From positions 2,176,001-2,240,000 of the forward strand of contig CBDDIJ010000003.1 of the NCBI GenBank assembly GCA_965228855.1: 64,000 nucleotides of DNA, read 5' to 3'. The translations under genes and the position numbers were made by a program. Below the pieces are notes generated by a model, which was not told the origin of the DNA, ran no database searches, and saw only the letters and a program-made list of their open reading frames with translations. Positions 60,801 to 63,181 of the stretch are shown here, piece by piece; the first letter of the stretch is position 1; each line of letters begins with the position of its first letter. The stretch is from Candidatus Obscuribacterales bacterium. Its GTDB lineage: Bacteria; Cyanobacteriota; Vampirovibrionia; Obscuribacterales; Obscuribacteraceae.

Positions 60801-62410
60801 ATGAGCTCCGTCTCCTCGCTGGTGGCAAGGGAGCGATCACAACATCTAAGGATGTCGTCATCACAGCTGGACAGAGCATAGAATTCCAAGCAGACACCGG
60901 CGCCATCGGCAAGAAACCAATAGTGGTGAACACACCGGTCATATCGGCAAACACGCAGGGTGCTGTCAACATAATCAACAATTTCACCGGTCCGATGGTG
61001 CTCGCCACCTCTACAGGCGGCAAGGGCTTCAGTCTTGAATCCGCAGGCGGAATCGAAATCGGTGATCTCTCCACCACTAAGGGTTCCATCGACGTCATTG
61101 CCAACGGAGGCATCCTATCCGTCAGAGCAGGCAATAACGTAAATGCGGCAAACGGAGCACTATCCCTGATCAATATGGACATCACCAATGGTTCCATCTT
61201 GATTGACGACGGAGCGACGGTCCAAACCTCCGGAAAAGGCAAAACCACCACCATCTCCATCGGTGCAGCACCGAGGAAAGGTACGGTCGGCGCAACTCCA
61301 GCAGGCGTGACCGTCGACGAAGATGGCGGTATCGTCTACTTCGGTCAAGCCGGTGGCGTTGTGGCACAGTCAGTCGCAGATGTGATCGCGAAGAATCAGG
61401 ATGTGATCTTCAATAACTCATCCACTAATATCGGAACTAACAAGATAGTCCTGGGTGATAACGCGACCGTCATCGCAGACCCACCGTCGAGAGCGGTTTC
61501 CTCAATGCCGGTCATGATGGCTAGCACCATTGACCTCAGCGCTCAGCCTACCGTCTCCGGTACATCGAGCGGCTCAGCCTCCGTTGCCATCAACAATGGC
61601 TTCACTTCAACATTCGACGCATCACAAATTACAAACCAATTGGCGACCGTCGATAATTCGACAGGCTGGACGGAAACAGCCAGCGCAAACGGAGCAAGAA
61701 CACTCAGCCGCGCGCTTCACGGTGGCATCACCGCATGCGGTGCTGATGATGGCATCGAAAGCGCTGACGACATGATAGTGAGTGCTGCTTTCCATGCAGG
61801 AAAAGACACGGGACTTAATGAGTACTCAGTCGACAACAGCAAGGTCGACATGATTGAATCGACTGACGCTAGCGTCAAGCAGTTGCCTAACAGCAAGCGC
61901 TTCGTGCTCAAGCAAGGAAACGTAGTCTTCGCTCCGTTCCAGGACACCACAATCGAAACCGCTCACGGCTCCGTGAAGATTGCTGCAAACTCCGTAGCGC
62001 TCGTAATGGAATCGAAGAACGGATTGGCAGTTTATAACATCAACGACACTAAGAAGAATTCTGTCGTCATCACCGCTGATGATAAGCAACTGACGCTCTC
62101 TCCAGGACGTCATGCTCTGGTCAGCAACCATGAAGAGTTTGTCGACGGCAATGCTGTAGAACTCGTCCAGCATCGCAACTTGAGCAGACTGAAACTGAAC
62201 AACGGCATGAAGGTCTTCACAACGGAATTCTCTATCCCGTCAGCCTGCTACGCTGTTAAACCGCTCAAGCAGTTGATGAGTTCGAAGCACGCAGAGGCCT
62301 CGAAGATGGCGAAAGGCATCCTCAAGACTACTGCAGTAATTATGACGTTGAGCCCAGACAAGGGAGATTTCGTCCAGTTCTTCAAACCAAGAACCACAGC
62401 GATGAAATAG
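33818..62410 (+). CDS. Giant (9530 aa) secreted beta-strand-repeat, filamentous-haemagglutinin-like surface protein
   Basis: Uninterrupted 28.6 kb ORF; signal peptide (basic N-region, ASFLAFLMFY, AWA-N); G/T/N/S/A-rich with GNGG.V.I and G.I.L beta-helix-type motifs; several internal repeat families; globular C-terminal domain. Confidence 0.9.
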   Translation: MQSIRVQSNKTQSRFIRRFGASFLAFLMFYSTTAAWANPESVPVQLNTSNANQNWRAAREESRALRHEMRQEAHIQRIEDRQVRVNPVVTPGFQSGLANEIRNALQADRVRGQGALERGITRGERKEQRQNAQHHDRNTAVLYPGQVSTFRTARPNVPTASTRGSNRNTYVNDAGNAKLLNKGVSLDLASTANNITLGKNMLDGTVTIDVGGVDKQFAAGDKVTAAEYAAINQKVATGSQGLTLSNKGAATGGALNINTISDDGKTIRASELVVPQSVSVVGDFARNADGVRVTGDLNNAGSLYAVSSNASKNTAVIGARDINNAQGGSISTNVPTSVSTQFGEVNSTLDLSLKANRDLNNEGSITSSGNLELSAGRKIDNSGIAEASGNLSLSSSNIRNSGTISSINRSVSITALPDMNINVDNAGGVIKAQSGDINVTTVSAANPKLNTMLNGGDWHSKQLNVSSSDGAVDINAGDVTARVNVKAGSAHIYADTSALDIGDFEVSGDPILSSSGDVNFSGNIVTNGADLAIIAGGNVNANGFNTINTSSSSASGGGDITIVAGAAFTTPGATLNITGGTTSGGILNLDQLSTLDSRGTGINTSGGDINLIAYSGDTNNGSISLGNVGIQAGGTGITANGNVQIIAGTATGSAINVGAVTSTGGTGGGGDISISTSTPAIVGGQVVIDNSSPTTGGSIISGSFTPGATQGSSMSIGSLNAAGTVSLLAGENFNVPSVTAARTVVTSLGNIAFTSTVTSPGGILAVSAKDIVNLGASQLRADSATGDGGNITLIAGADFTRNANNVAINGASSFGGVIGLDQSSQIQIFRTSSTAIDGSAGDINLTAFFGSGFNAGLIRIGSAAAIEAQGNGLGANGTLSVVSGADQVNAINFTEFRADMGAAGTGGVTLSASAPVASALNPVTFATTTTDFAGISSANDFLGGSRTPNSTIGFNNIYLNSVPFTLLVGAETGFSSVSGATSFTADSLNNLTLGAVSANNTLLTALGNIRLNSTITSPGGILAVSGHDIYNGGASQLRTDSSTGDGGNITLVAGADFTTNASNIAINGASDSGGVIGLDQFSQIQIFRTSSTATNGSAGDVNLTAFYGDGLNAGLIRVGSAATIEAQGNGLGSNGTLSIVSEADQVNAINFTEFRANLGAAGTGGVTLSASAPIATSLNPVTFSTTSDFAGISSVNNFFGGSRTSSSTIGFNFVTLNDAPFTMLVGAETGFVAVTGATLFKADSLNNLSMGAVTANRTLLTAPGNIRLNGIITSPGGVLAVSGRDIYNGGAAQLLADSSTADGGNITLIAGADFTSNATNVAINGASATGGLIGMDQASHLQAFRTSSTATGGSAGNVNLAAFAGPGVNAGLVHMGGAALIEAQGDGSGSNGTVTIVGGANFADAINFTEVRTNLGAAGSGGVILSASNPVASALNPVTFSTMTDFAGMTSANDFLGGTRTTVSTINFNAINVNNVPVTILTGANVGQDSASSITGASLYRVDSLGNLSLNFITANRTLATAPGRIRMTNAITSPGGIFAVAGYDIFSVGAPSLFANSTTGDGGNITLIAGADFTVGANDVSILGASATGGYVGLDQSSQVQNITTVGADGFDAGNVNLVAFSGSAMTNPGLVRLGGAAEVKAYATGGGANGDVTIVSGFQGPIPDFTSTINANVINVSGPTVVTSAPGTGSVTLSNSAPNASVSNPVVLTTSQSGFGNITSTNNFLGGTRTVAGASIYVNAIKANNSPVTLLGGNGAPGTIASVNFGDISSASLLRIDSLGDVVTSTVNANQTFVTATGVIRVPTVVTSPGGILMVARSNVFSGGAPQLLANAANGDGGNITIIAGADFTVGANDVTISGGTSTGGYVGFDQFSSIQAMRTNGGAGNGNAGDITLVAFAGTGDFAGVVRTGGAVTIEAKGNGTGSNGDIKVIAGSSLTDAIQLKNVDLNGGSAGTGSITLSASTPLATSLDPVKVATTTVGFAEIITTNDFLGGTRTGAATIGVDTLTLNKAPVTILTGADTSYGFLTGVSNLRIDSLGTINVNSINSDQIFLTALGRVRVNGILSSPGGILIVSGSDIYSGGAPQFNTSSATGDGGNISLIAGADYVLGANDISIRGGTVGGGYVGLDQFSSVQVLRTNGGGLSGTAGDINLVAFSGNSSVSAGVVRTGTSAFIEALGSGTGANGDVTLVSGANGPTDDGLPTIYIRGVNINSGASGTGSVILSNSTPNATIANQVTLSTVSGSTFGGITSTNNFLGGARTSFVNSAVNISDTISTNNAPVTLLGGRNVTFGTINGANLLRIDSLGTVTTNTINANQTFITAQGNIQLNSVTTSPGGIMMVAGGDISSGGAPQLNATANGDAGNISLLAGAAFTEVAGGLRIDGASATGGNLNLHFFSGIQVLTANSTGGDGSAGDINLIAFSNGGNNGFVFTTGGGFSINAEGNGTGANGTVTIVAGADQNQNAIAMANSFTRNGTGGGGGITLRAAAPLFTAQTATLSGTSNFGGVSAGNFTSGTLSATADIAAGDLVTRDGDISVSSRNVNLGSIIADGGIAPSTSNGGTITINTNSATTLRSNGGGVNRITYLSASGGAVSGDAGTISLSNLGAGGIDVTAGNIFLNTTDGNGGTLSLNAPTSTLTLPATNLTIFTNGTDRNGGSIIINANALDNGGNPFTFTALGTGTGLGGTVDVTLNSGSISTGTGPGQFNPVVGSDGVIRLKATNGGVTVAPFTSIAGREVSLTAGGGDITLTNANIVGTSGGQINLTNSFAAGTINQFGASLISGGNLSVQTVSSDVILNTSVEGLRFNSGNGGLIVNNASSSLTVNSSYTGGTLSIATPGDMYFAENVTANGGITLTSNAPGGLFSGPGVLKTSPSFVLTVNLGSTGSQAYLNTEVSNFTGNATNGGLISLTQTGNISIGTGSTLSIDDLRVIADGNIHLVNNVVADPVSLISTTDILLSADITANDGILLVSGGNIRTDIVGLDINGSGTHGGAITMVAGADYTADSLAGTVVINGPSSTGGSIDFVTGGSITTLSSAATSTATGDNAGDINLIAYAGGTTNSGTVRITTATTIDASAADISNNAGAVNIIASGVNGTSTISIGDIDSTGGSNNPVSSINVLGAVANSNVLLSLFNAIPASSFVPVSSPAGADITTGVIGTSGASIKVDGQANVTTGAVSASPLGSDQTGGSISIAGAQTTTGAVTTNGTGTGGGGNIAITGLSGLTTGTLTANGGISGIGGSVSLYSNSATVLSHAAISAQAGANGLAGGSVTVRNDGAGGINYNGVDVSGGIGSGGSIDFETAGTLNFVSASMLANGATTSGDISLRAANITGSNGLNIQANGATPGAGPGIDIETTGVGPAGNITIQGDVTIASTRNVQIFNTGGLTIDTSTSVGALGTVNITANSLFAGGVNIFTAGTSGNQQGRAVGITTSGNSTQIGDIVTAGFGTSSGGSVTITNNSSTGSISAGAINTNGGVVGNAGAVLVTAASNGLISINSVSATGGSFAGDGGSVTIRNDGTALAAGSVRVAGGVDVSAPDNAGSVILDAESTNDGLVQIGGTINATSEFAINGSVSIAGSQIQALSSLFINAGYGGSTDTGSVNLVATAGGLVSSGTAINIYSGDFIGMNLNPAAAIQSGGGDITLHAGGDLNGNGANINASALTANTNGGTITIDAGEFATGVGVSLGDIVSNGNGTGTGGTIDITLRGSAVNYSLGTGGSIRSIASRGGTGSTGGDVSISQTSINPLSLLNGLDIDVTTASGDAGNINISTQGELMVTSGAVTLAAEGQTGRNNGNISIQATNVAIASGATSLTLDTFKTGSNAGTGNIAINNLGGGGIYTAGGDFIVDAGNNFTSNATYVNTNIGASAGSGNVSVTARGDINFSAAAPISTVAVNADQNGGNVTLTSGAAGLIRVGNIIANGDGTGDGGTVEITAGTGELLDITSITANGGTNGDGGTINVTAESATMLDFTSLIARGGSVSGNGGSISLINTGAGGIRIDNGDIDVGVNPAGNGNGGFITIDATAGPSDGTVLIGSSANITADAGLTGAVGGRIEITGASIAFTGPPASAIISAVNGDNANGITLTTTSTGISTSGSNLSIATSGAATINLANGLLATGGGNLSINADVINAAGQTFQTNSLAANANGGNITLNAVGDVTTSQLNTVGSGTGNGGDVNVTGALVTLGDISADGGLDGDGGDVTINSTRFALSNILARGGSNGGSGGSVLVNANTNFSNSILNVETTGSTSGGDGGNITVANAGSGQIQFNGTTGLVSSAPAGNAGDITLTGGLLSFGANSRNIIADGGITNGDITVNSVNVAFTSTTGTNTIRASGTGTGGSITFNSPGGNMTTGGSAISMDTKGSVTLAMLFADVITNGGALAINAGQDIDADADFNTSSATGNGGDVTLSVSSGAGNSIFFNTINASGTSGFNGGTVQITGSQGGTAFNGITSNGAGSGNGGAVTISADQDTQLDIDAISSTGGTSNGDISITNAGDGNIRAISSLTGRQISLSNSAGTGGIALFGATINASNGILLDSGAGITQTVSSISGGALDVRFVTGPVTLSTDVASITTSASGQTLTINETSGISILGQNIASLTVNSANGNITVDAPATVTALLRLNATNGGITTSAAVQSPVIELLAGGGDILFNGNLVSSGASGGITLSSTGSISGTGSVQTDAASSIGLDVTLNGSGNATFSNAAVSKLTTAGTSNGTVTINNGNNALQIGALGSALSLAASSTNVGGITLTQNGSTTGTVTFNAPYFSVNDTTLQAASILIQNLNGGLTVDGGATLGTLTGTTPVAGAPGTPSVPTAINIVTQVGAALNLVGDINFNGDLTIDNTFGTTTSTSGSLFTGNNNVRLTAASWVQNMETNGGIVGNDFVFTISAGGTIINTDGDVNLSANTTLVGQDFAIVARNNINMNGVTINLSNTTGDAGNLSIIAGYDFTTSSGGQIQTQAPYTFSGSSVAGGSVNATGAQLITTATGGNGGNVLVVANNGSVNLGGSSLIDASSTTGVGGSVTIIGQNGITANDITTNGNDVVLSVSAPQILGGPLVVTDGTLSGGIVDASAAVTDGNLQLHNINGASNVQLRGGNGASNTITQTAGGVVNASNLRVVLENGSATLAGNAGLLNAIVGGAGSVTLDNGSTDINLVVSNSNTAQNIDVRTTGSLVLSSDITAGSLTLYGGGIGLNVNRNVTVNGATVIRSTAGPLTVTNAISGGSVLLEQAAANGLIDINNTVTSTSGAVTIENAGSGNVHIDGAVSSAAGVNLVIGSGTADQTAAVSGTALGVTVGTGTVNLNTLSNDVDSLSVTASGAANVQLNNGTNDLSIDSIAALSTGGLIVRTTGNLDLNSAITVNTLTLSGGGSGLTIDNNIVTTGLASITATAGDLTVDSTHTVSGAGDKLLQATGSAGDVLINGGVSGNNVTLRATTSGGDVTIAAAVTASGGTIGLETDGGNVSETGAGSLTSSVLNLNFGQSGSSATLNNANNVGTLNSLGLANGTTVSFNNAGNPIQLGNIIGTGHNYQVSTTSGAITTSTNAFNFATLGLTTATGSITIDADITATTSANLEATGGSGNLTITSQGTLTSAAGALSLTNHGSGNIAINGALSGEQVALQIAGGQVNQSGTGVLTAGTLDVIITGIGFANLSTLQNNIGVLNTDAQVFGSTQIDNGSNDIVVNNVVGGTQNLYVHTSGSIDLMNDFTVGSLNLQAGSALDIDVDIVANNVTSITTVGAPLNITSSGSLTGSGSKTILAGGTFTADGALTSTSFVTLQASGAIDVNAAISGTNIIIDSFNSGISLDGAVTASSSLSMSTVGNNVMSQTVALTAPTLNITLASGSANLAFPVTTNNVGILNTNVSGNGFVGLNNGANDITLNNIVGNNQSLTVLTTGSMLFNSDFQVDALGLTSSNMNITVDIVTTGNATINGVSGDLVVANSGSLTGSGFKYLSALSAGTQIDINGAVTGSGVTLFHQNGGDISLDAAVTATSGTLTLTTSSTGNISQSVALSAPTLQINLGSGTATLTSANNAGTLNTSVSGTGSVAFNNGSNDLAINTITGQNQSLSVSTTGEITTSGGPFQVVGLDLDATAITLNTAVTATGTASLTTTTGDLTIAATGSLIGSGDKTLQTASGTIAINGNLSGTNVDLIATGAGNISNNATINATTLGISITSGTVTQTGSITATTVNTSVTSGSMTLTGNSVGALNATFNTVGAGSLVFGNTTDLALSVTGTADSLYIGSAGVLDLQSGITANSIGLSSSGTLTIDQNLVALTGISNFTSTAGDLVVTASGSVSGAGSLLTFYGNNVDINGSVSTSNGDIQIANAGGASQTITLDAAVSASGILEILGGSGTTTQTVAISANQLTVTLFGGTVNLTNSGNNVTSLTTNDLTTSSINFNNGTNPLTIGSIAGSNQSLTVSAGAITTSSAIVVNNLSLTSTGSGNDITLADSVTGTTTITLNSADDIVQSSGTIGGGAFMLTFGTNSLTLQTDVTSLTSSGTPAVSQLQVLEANSIQLLAQSVSNLSVTAGFAGSGDITTGADLTATTLSLNANGGDITLTNNLTAAIISLTASGSITSAGVLDVDTLTLTGGNIGTSLAPVRISSATSTLVTIASTGNVFVSKLDSNLLAVSPGATATNLTLVADVLETRGATLTGAFNATANDYSANGTLQATSITVASEAGSGLVVNGLASAVMTATSGSVNFTATASDLTLNGAMTFNGTTNLTVSPFNNIVVSTGANYVGNDTVNLNTCSIVLQGNISGDPLNFNCPLGAGTIANSTGDVDLTGLNLNFSGQSLAIIASGNVIAGTNTLINLSSSTGDAGDLLVVAGFDFTPATAGQVGPVATLFTMGAPNATGGNINLVGLTVNTTSTNGAGGDVQLIANGGSSFSGQIAAGDFNTTGSTANGSFTVIAENGFTAGTISSGTVSITNAEPVITGGTILIGNGEQLGSGSFSAGAATSGDIIVGSINANGADVTITAGTTVFDDITVTSLGANNLNLNVGAGIVEIANSDVNVLNTNASGAAFIRLNSNVNGIQLGSISGATQDLSVTDDTSIATTSGFTTGDLWLVAPTISLDHAIVTTGSTNITAVNSLQLNASLTGAGYKSLSSSGTLTINAQLSSSAYIQLGVGGVLTDTALGFVTAPTLYLYGDSGSVTTLDSASNNVGTLNTDSSGAASIAYSNGANDLVLGTVTGAGQNLTVSTTGNLDQTAAINIASLNLSGGGTGLNIDFGITTSGLASLNATAGDLTVTGVIDGAGDKQLIALGAVNINSAVSGQNVSITGSTIALDATVTGSTTIALDANGAITQTSGSVSGGALTVAFGSGPLTLATDVTSLSTDAVGQSLTINEANGIQLLAQNIDNLLISAGLTSTGAITTGTTVTVGNTLSLTDNNGGISLSDGILAQNTLLFSNTSITQSSGVISSDALSIDVSGGSSTLTTDVNSLTVALSNNATVTINEDAGIAIVSGSGGNGSLTVNAGRNNTGEITTSGSSLNTIDVTGTLTLDNDNGGISLSVDINGTTAVNLDAATSISQSGTLISGGALSVAFGTTASLSTSVASLTTNAPGRTLNIFNDGALSLLGQTLDTLNLTNQGDVTTNATFSIGTLNISTVTTGDINLNSNVTGTTAVLLDAAGSISQGAGYVLAGGDLTLTYATGPVTLATDVTSLTSSGPGTLTINEDDGIQLNAQNVTALTVNAGRNNAGNITTAADIAVTDLILDNNNGSIALSNNLTATNVTLDASGTITQSAGIINGTTLSVGFGSGPVALTTNVSNLTTTTGGSLTVSENDGINLLAQSATNLTVNAGLTGAGAITTGANISVAGSLNLTNSNGAINLNNNIAGSVGVSLDASTTITQAGGTSINGGALSVAFGSGPVSLTTNVASLTTDAAGNALSINEANGIQLLGQNLNQLVVTAGLTGAGDITTGADVVVPVLSLTNNNGSIALSNNINSTTSVVLDASATISQTAGTVTTDALEVDFGTGPVTLATNVNSLTSFSGGGSLTINESNGINVGVVDVDNLTVNAGLAGAGTLVVNASLSLSGALVLDNSNGSIDLSTAISATSITLDASATINQSAGLLSATDLSVAFGDDTTVELDTNVAFLTTANSLGGTLTLNENNDIALKSQNITDLNINAGVVSAGGITFFSPVTVAGAMTLTSNQGSINFNNNVSAGSVNATVVNGADLFIGATVSATTVTLTTNGGDILEVSSGNVTATTLNLTLNGGTPGSADLSTNANAVGTLNSAGGGIVSLNNGNTALNLGTLGAGQSLTASSTVSMTTTADLTTTGDVTLTTASLVNGFDLAANSITVASQTGSGLSVNGLTGGTFNATGSGEVVSMTATNGSLDLFGTMTFISETDMYADDIEFHVNTGANVTGQQRLTVHACDVNLQGAIVANPLIFDCQFSELTIGNGAGDVVLTGDIQALSRSVAIIASGSIIGSGITSIDLSNPGGPAGTLTMVAGFDFTPADTPQFEDSTTSFTGFTANATGGNIDLGNVTINVSSGTDTAGSVTAVANGGTTNAGTITVGAINANGADAAGTVLLVGESGVTAGTITATGGSAGTVSLLAAQPTTSGVPTILNGVLSGGNFQAGAITSGDITTGAITATNVTLQTEGASSTITLNGALTSSNLNILAGAGTIDITSSGSNTIAALADGSGNGGTLNVSSSDIIGGAGAINLTATGSIGNGGSIFFEHNGNAAMTVGSEYTFDASGALNGGFVNLRSLDADIIVNGGLTAAGTNGDGARYVLQAGVPVRLVLNDTSFLSEANATGANGNGGTLSLTGGTIVAASSAAQPLLLSANGNGTGNGGSVFYTSSDVTQTFVGTPAKAPKGAAIFLELSATSGTAGGDGGIASVEVGGNLTVDPSAINAGPLATTGDHNGGSYQLSAGTNAPKGAYLVVNGSLDASGVGNGGGGSIDLRTNNKKAFIVGSTKNLKNGVKGTLTANGNGGTVVLRNAGGGLTVSTSNALVGDELRLLAGGKGAITTSKDVVITAGQSIEFQADTGAIGKKPIVVNTPVISANTQGAVNIINNFTGPMVLATSTGGKGFSLESAGGIEIGDLSTTKGSIDVIANGGILSVRAGNNVNAANGALSLINMDITNGSILIDDGATVQTSGKGKTTTISIGAAPRKGTVGATPAGVTVDEDGGIVYFGQAGGVVAQSVADVIAKNQDVIFNNSSTNIGTNKIVLGDNATVIADPPSRAVSSMPVMMASTIDLSAQPTVSGTSSGSASVAINNGFTSTFDASQITNQLATVDNSTGWTETASANGARTLSRALHGGITACGADDGIESADDMIVSAAFHAGKDTGLNEYSVDNSKVDMIESTDASVKQLPNSKRFVLKQGNVVFAPFQDTTIETAHGSVKIAANSVALVMESKNGLAVYNINDTKKNSVVITADDKQLTLSPGRHALVSNHEEFVDGNAVELVQHRNLSRLKLNNGMKVFTTEFSIPSACYAVKPLKQLMSSKHAEASKMAKGILKTTAVIMTLSPDKGDFVQFFKPRTTAMK
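36085..41400 (+). repeat. Seven tandem ~258-aa repeats in the giant protein
   Basis: SPGG[IV]L.V...DI...GA.QL.......GDGGNI.L.AGADF recurs near 36090, 36865, 37635, 38415, 39245, 40020 and 40820; boundaries approximate. Confidence 0.9.
49250..53200 (+). repeat. Tandem ~165-195-aa repeats in the giant protein
   Basis: N[NDS][VIA]G.LN......G...NNG.ND[LI] recurs near 49780, 50335, 50830, 51420, 51955, 52470 and 53010, with dispersed copies near 55365 and 58590; boundaries approximate. Confidence 0.75.
55790..58400 (+). repeat. Eight tandem ~110-aa repeats in the giant protein
   Basis: GGAL.V.FG.GPV.L.T[DN]V.SLT......L.INE..GI.L recurs about every 325 nt, with dispersed copies near 47500 and 53290; boundaries approximate. 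Confidence 0.85.
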
Positions 62411-62447
62411 GAAAAGAAATCTGCTATAAAAATCCAAACCTAGATGT

Positions 62448-63029
62448 TTGGAGAGCATTCCCTTGACTACAGTAGACGGGTTGGAACTCAGACAGGCTCG
62501 CAGCGAAGATCGCGATGAGATTCTGAACGTGCATGAAGCCGCGTTCGGCCGTGCGGCTGAAGCGAAACTAGTGGAGACGCTGTTAAACGACGGCGCTGAC
62601 ATCCGCGAGCTATCGCTTGTTGCGGTGCGCGATGGCAAAATCGTTGGTCACATTCTCTATACCGAGGTTCAAATCCTGGATGAGAAAAACAAAAATCTTT
62701 CCTCTATGGTGCGAGGCAAAGGCGGGATCCCCTATGCTGTCGCATTAGCACCGCTGGCGGTGCTACCGGCGCATCAGAAACAGGGCGTTGGGAAAGCACT
62801 GGCAAACGAGTCTCTAAAACTGGCTAATGAGCGCGGTCATGGCATCGTCATCGTGCTCGGACATCCCGAGTATTATCCAAAGTTCGGTTTCGAGCCGGCT
62901 TCGAAGTTCGGAATGAGTTCGCCCTTCGACGTTGCCGACGACGTCTTTATGGCGAAACCGCTATCGGCATTCAACGGAAAAATCTGTGGCAACGTCATTT
63001 ACCATGACGCTTTTATTGAGGTCGAATAG
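62448..63029 (+). CDS. GNAT family N-acetyltransferase (YhbS-like)
   Basis: AAFGR.AEA.LV, SLVA..DGKIVGHI, LAPLAVLPAHQKQGVGKAL, VLGHPEYYPKFGF; start uncertain. Confidence 0.93.
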   Translation: MESIPLTTVDGLELRQARSEDRDEILNVHEAAFGRAAEAKLVETLLNDGADIRELSLVAVRDGKIVGHILYTEVQILDEKNKNLSSMVRGKGGIPYAVALAPLAVLPAHQKQGVGKALANESLKLANERGHGIVIVLGHPEYYPKFGFEPASKFGMSSPFDVADDVFMAKPLSAFNGKICGNVIYHDAFIEVE

Positions 63030-63181
63030 CTTACGACACGCTTCGCTTGCCTTTGATAGATTCGAGCAGCTTACGACACGCGTCGCTTCTCGTTAAACAA
63101 ATTCGAACAGCTTACGACACGCGTCGCTTCCCTTTGTTAGATTCGAACAGCTTAGGATCCGCGTCGTTTCCCTTTGATAAA
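63021..63181. repeat. Four tandem 40-41 bp imperfect direct repeats between convergent genes
   Basis: Units start at 63021, 63061, 63102 and 63142; consensus TTCGAACAGCTTACGACACGCGTCGCTTCCCTTTGATAGA. Confidence 0.9.

Noticed and set aside
34252..62173. Many antisense ORFs (up to 460 aa, e.g. 45235-46617) within the giant gene
   Set aside because: Mirror-frame shadows expected from the biased Gly/Thr/Asn codon use; Pro/Val-rich translations with no motifs
33818..62410. RTX/T1SS substrate, autotransporter or CdiA toxin call for the giant protein
   Set aside because: No GGxGxD repeat block, no C-terminal barrel, no VENN or Hint motif, and no cdiB or immunity gene seen
63021..63181. CRISPR array
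   Set aside because: The variable parts are only about 12 nt and resemble each other (CCTTTGATAGA, CCTTTGTTAGA, CCTTTGATAAA); no cas genes; units overlap coding ends
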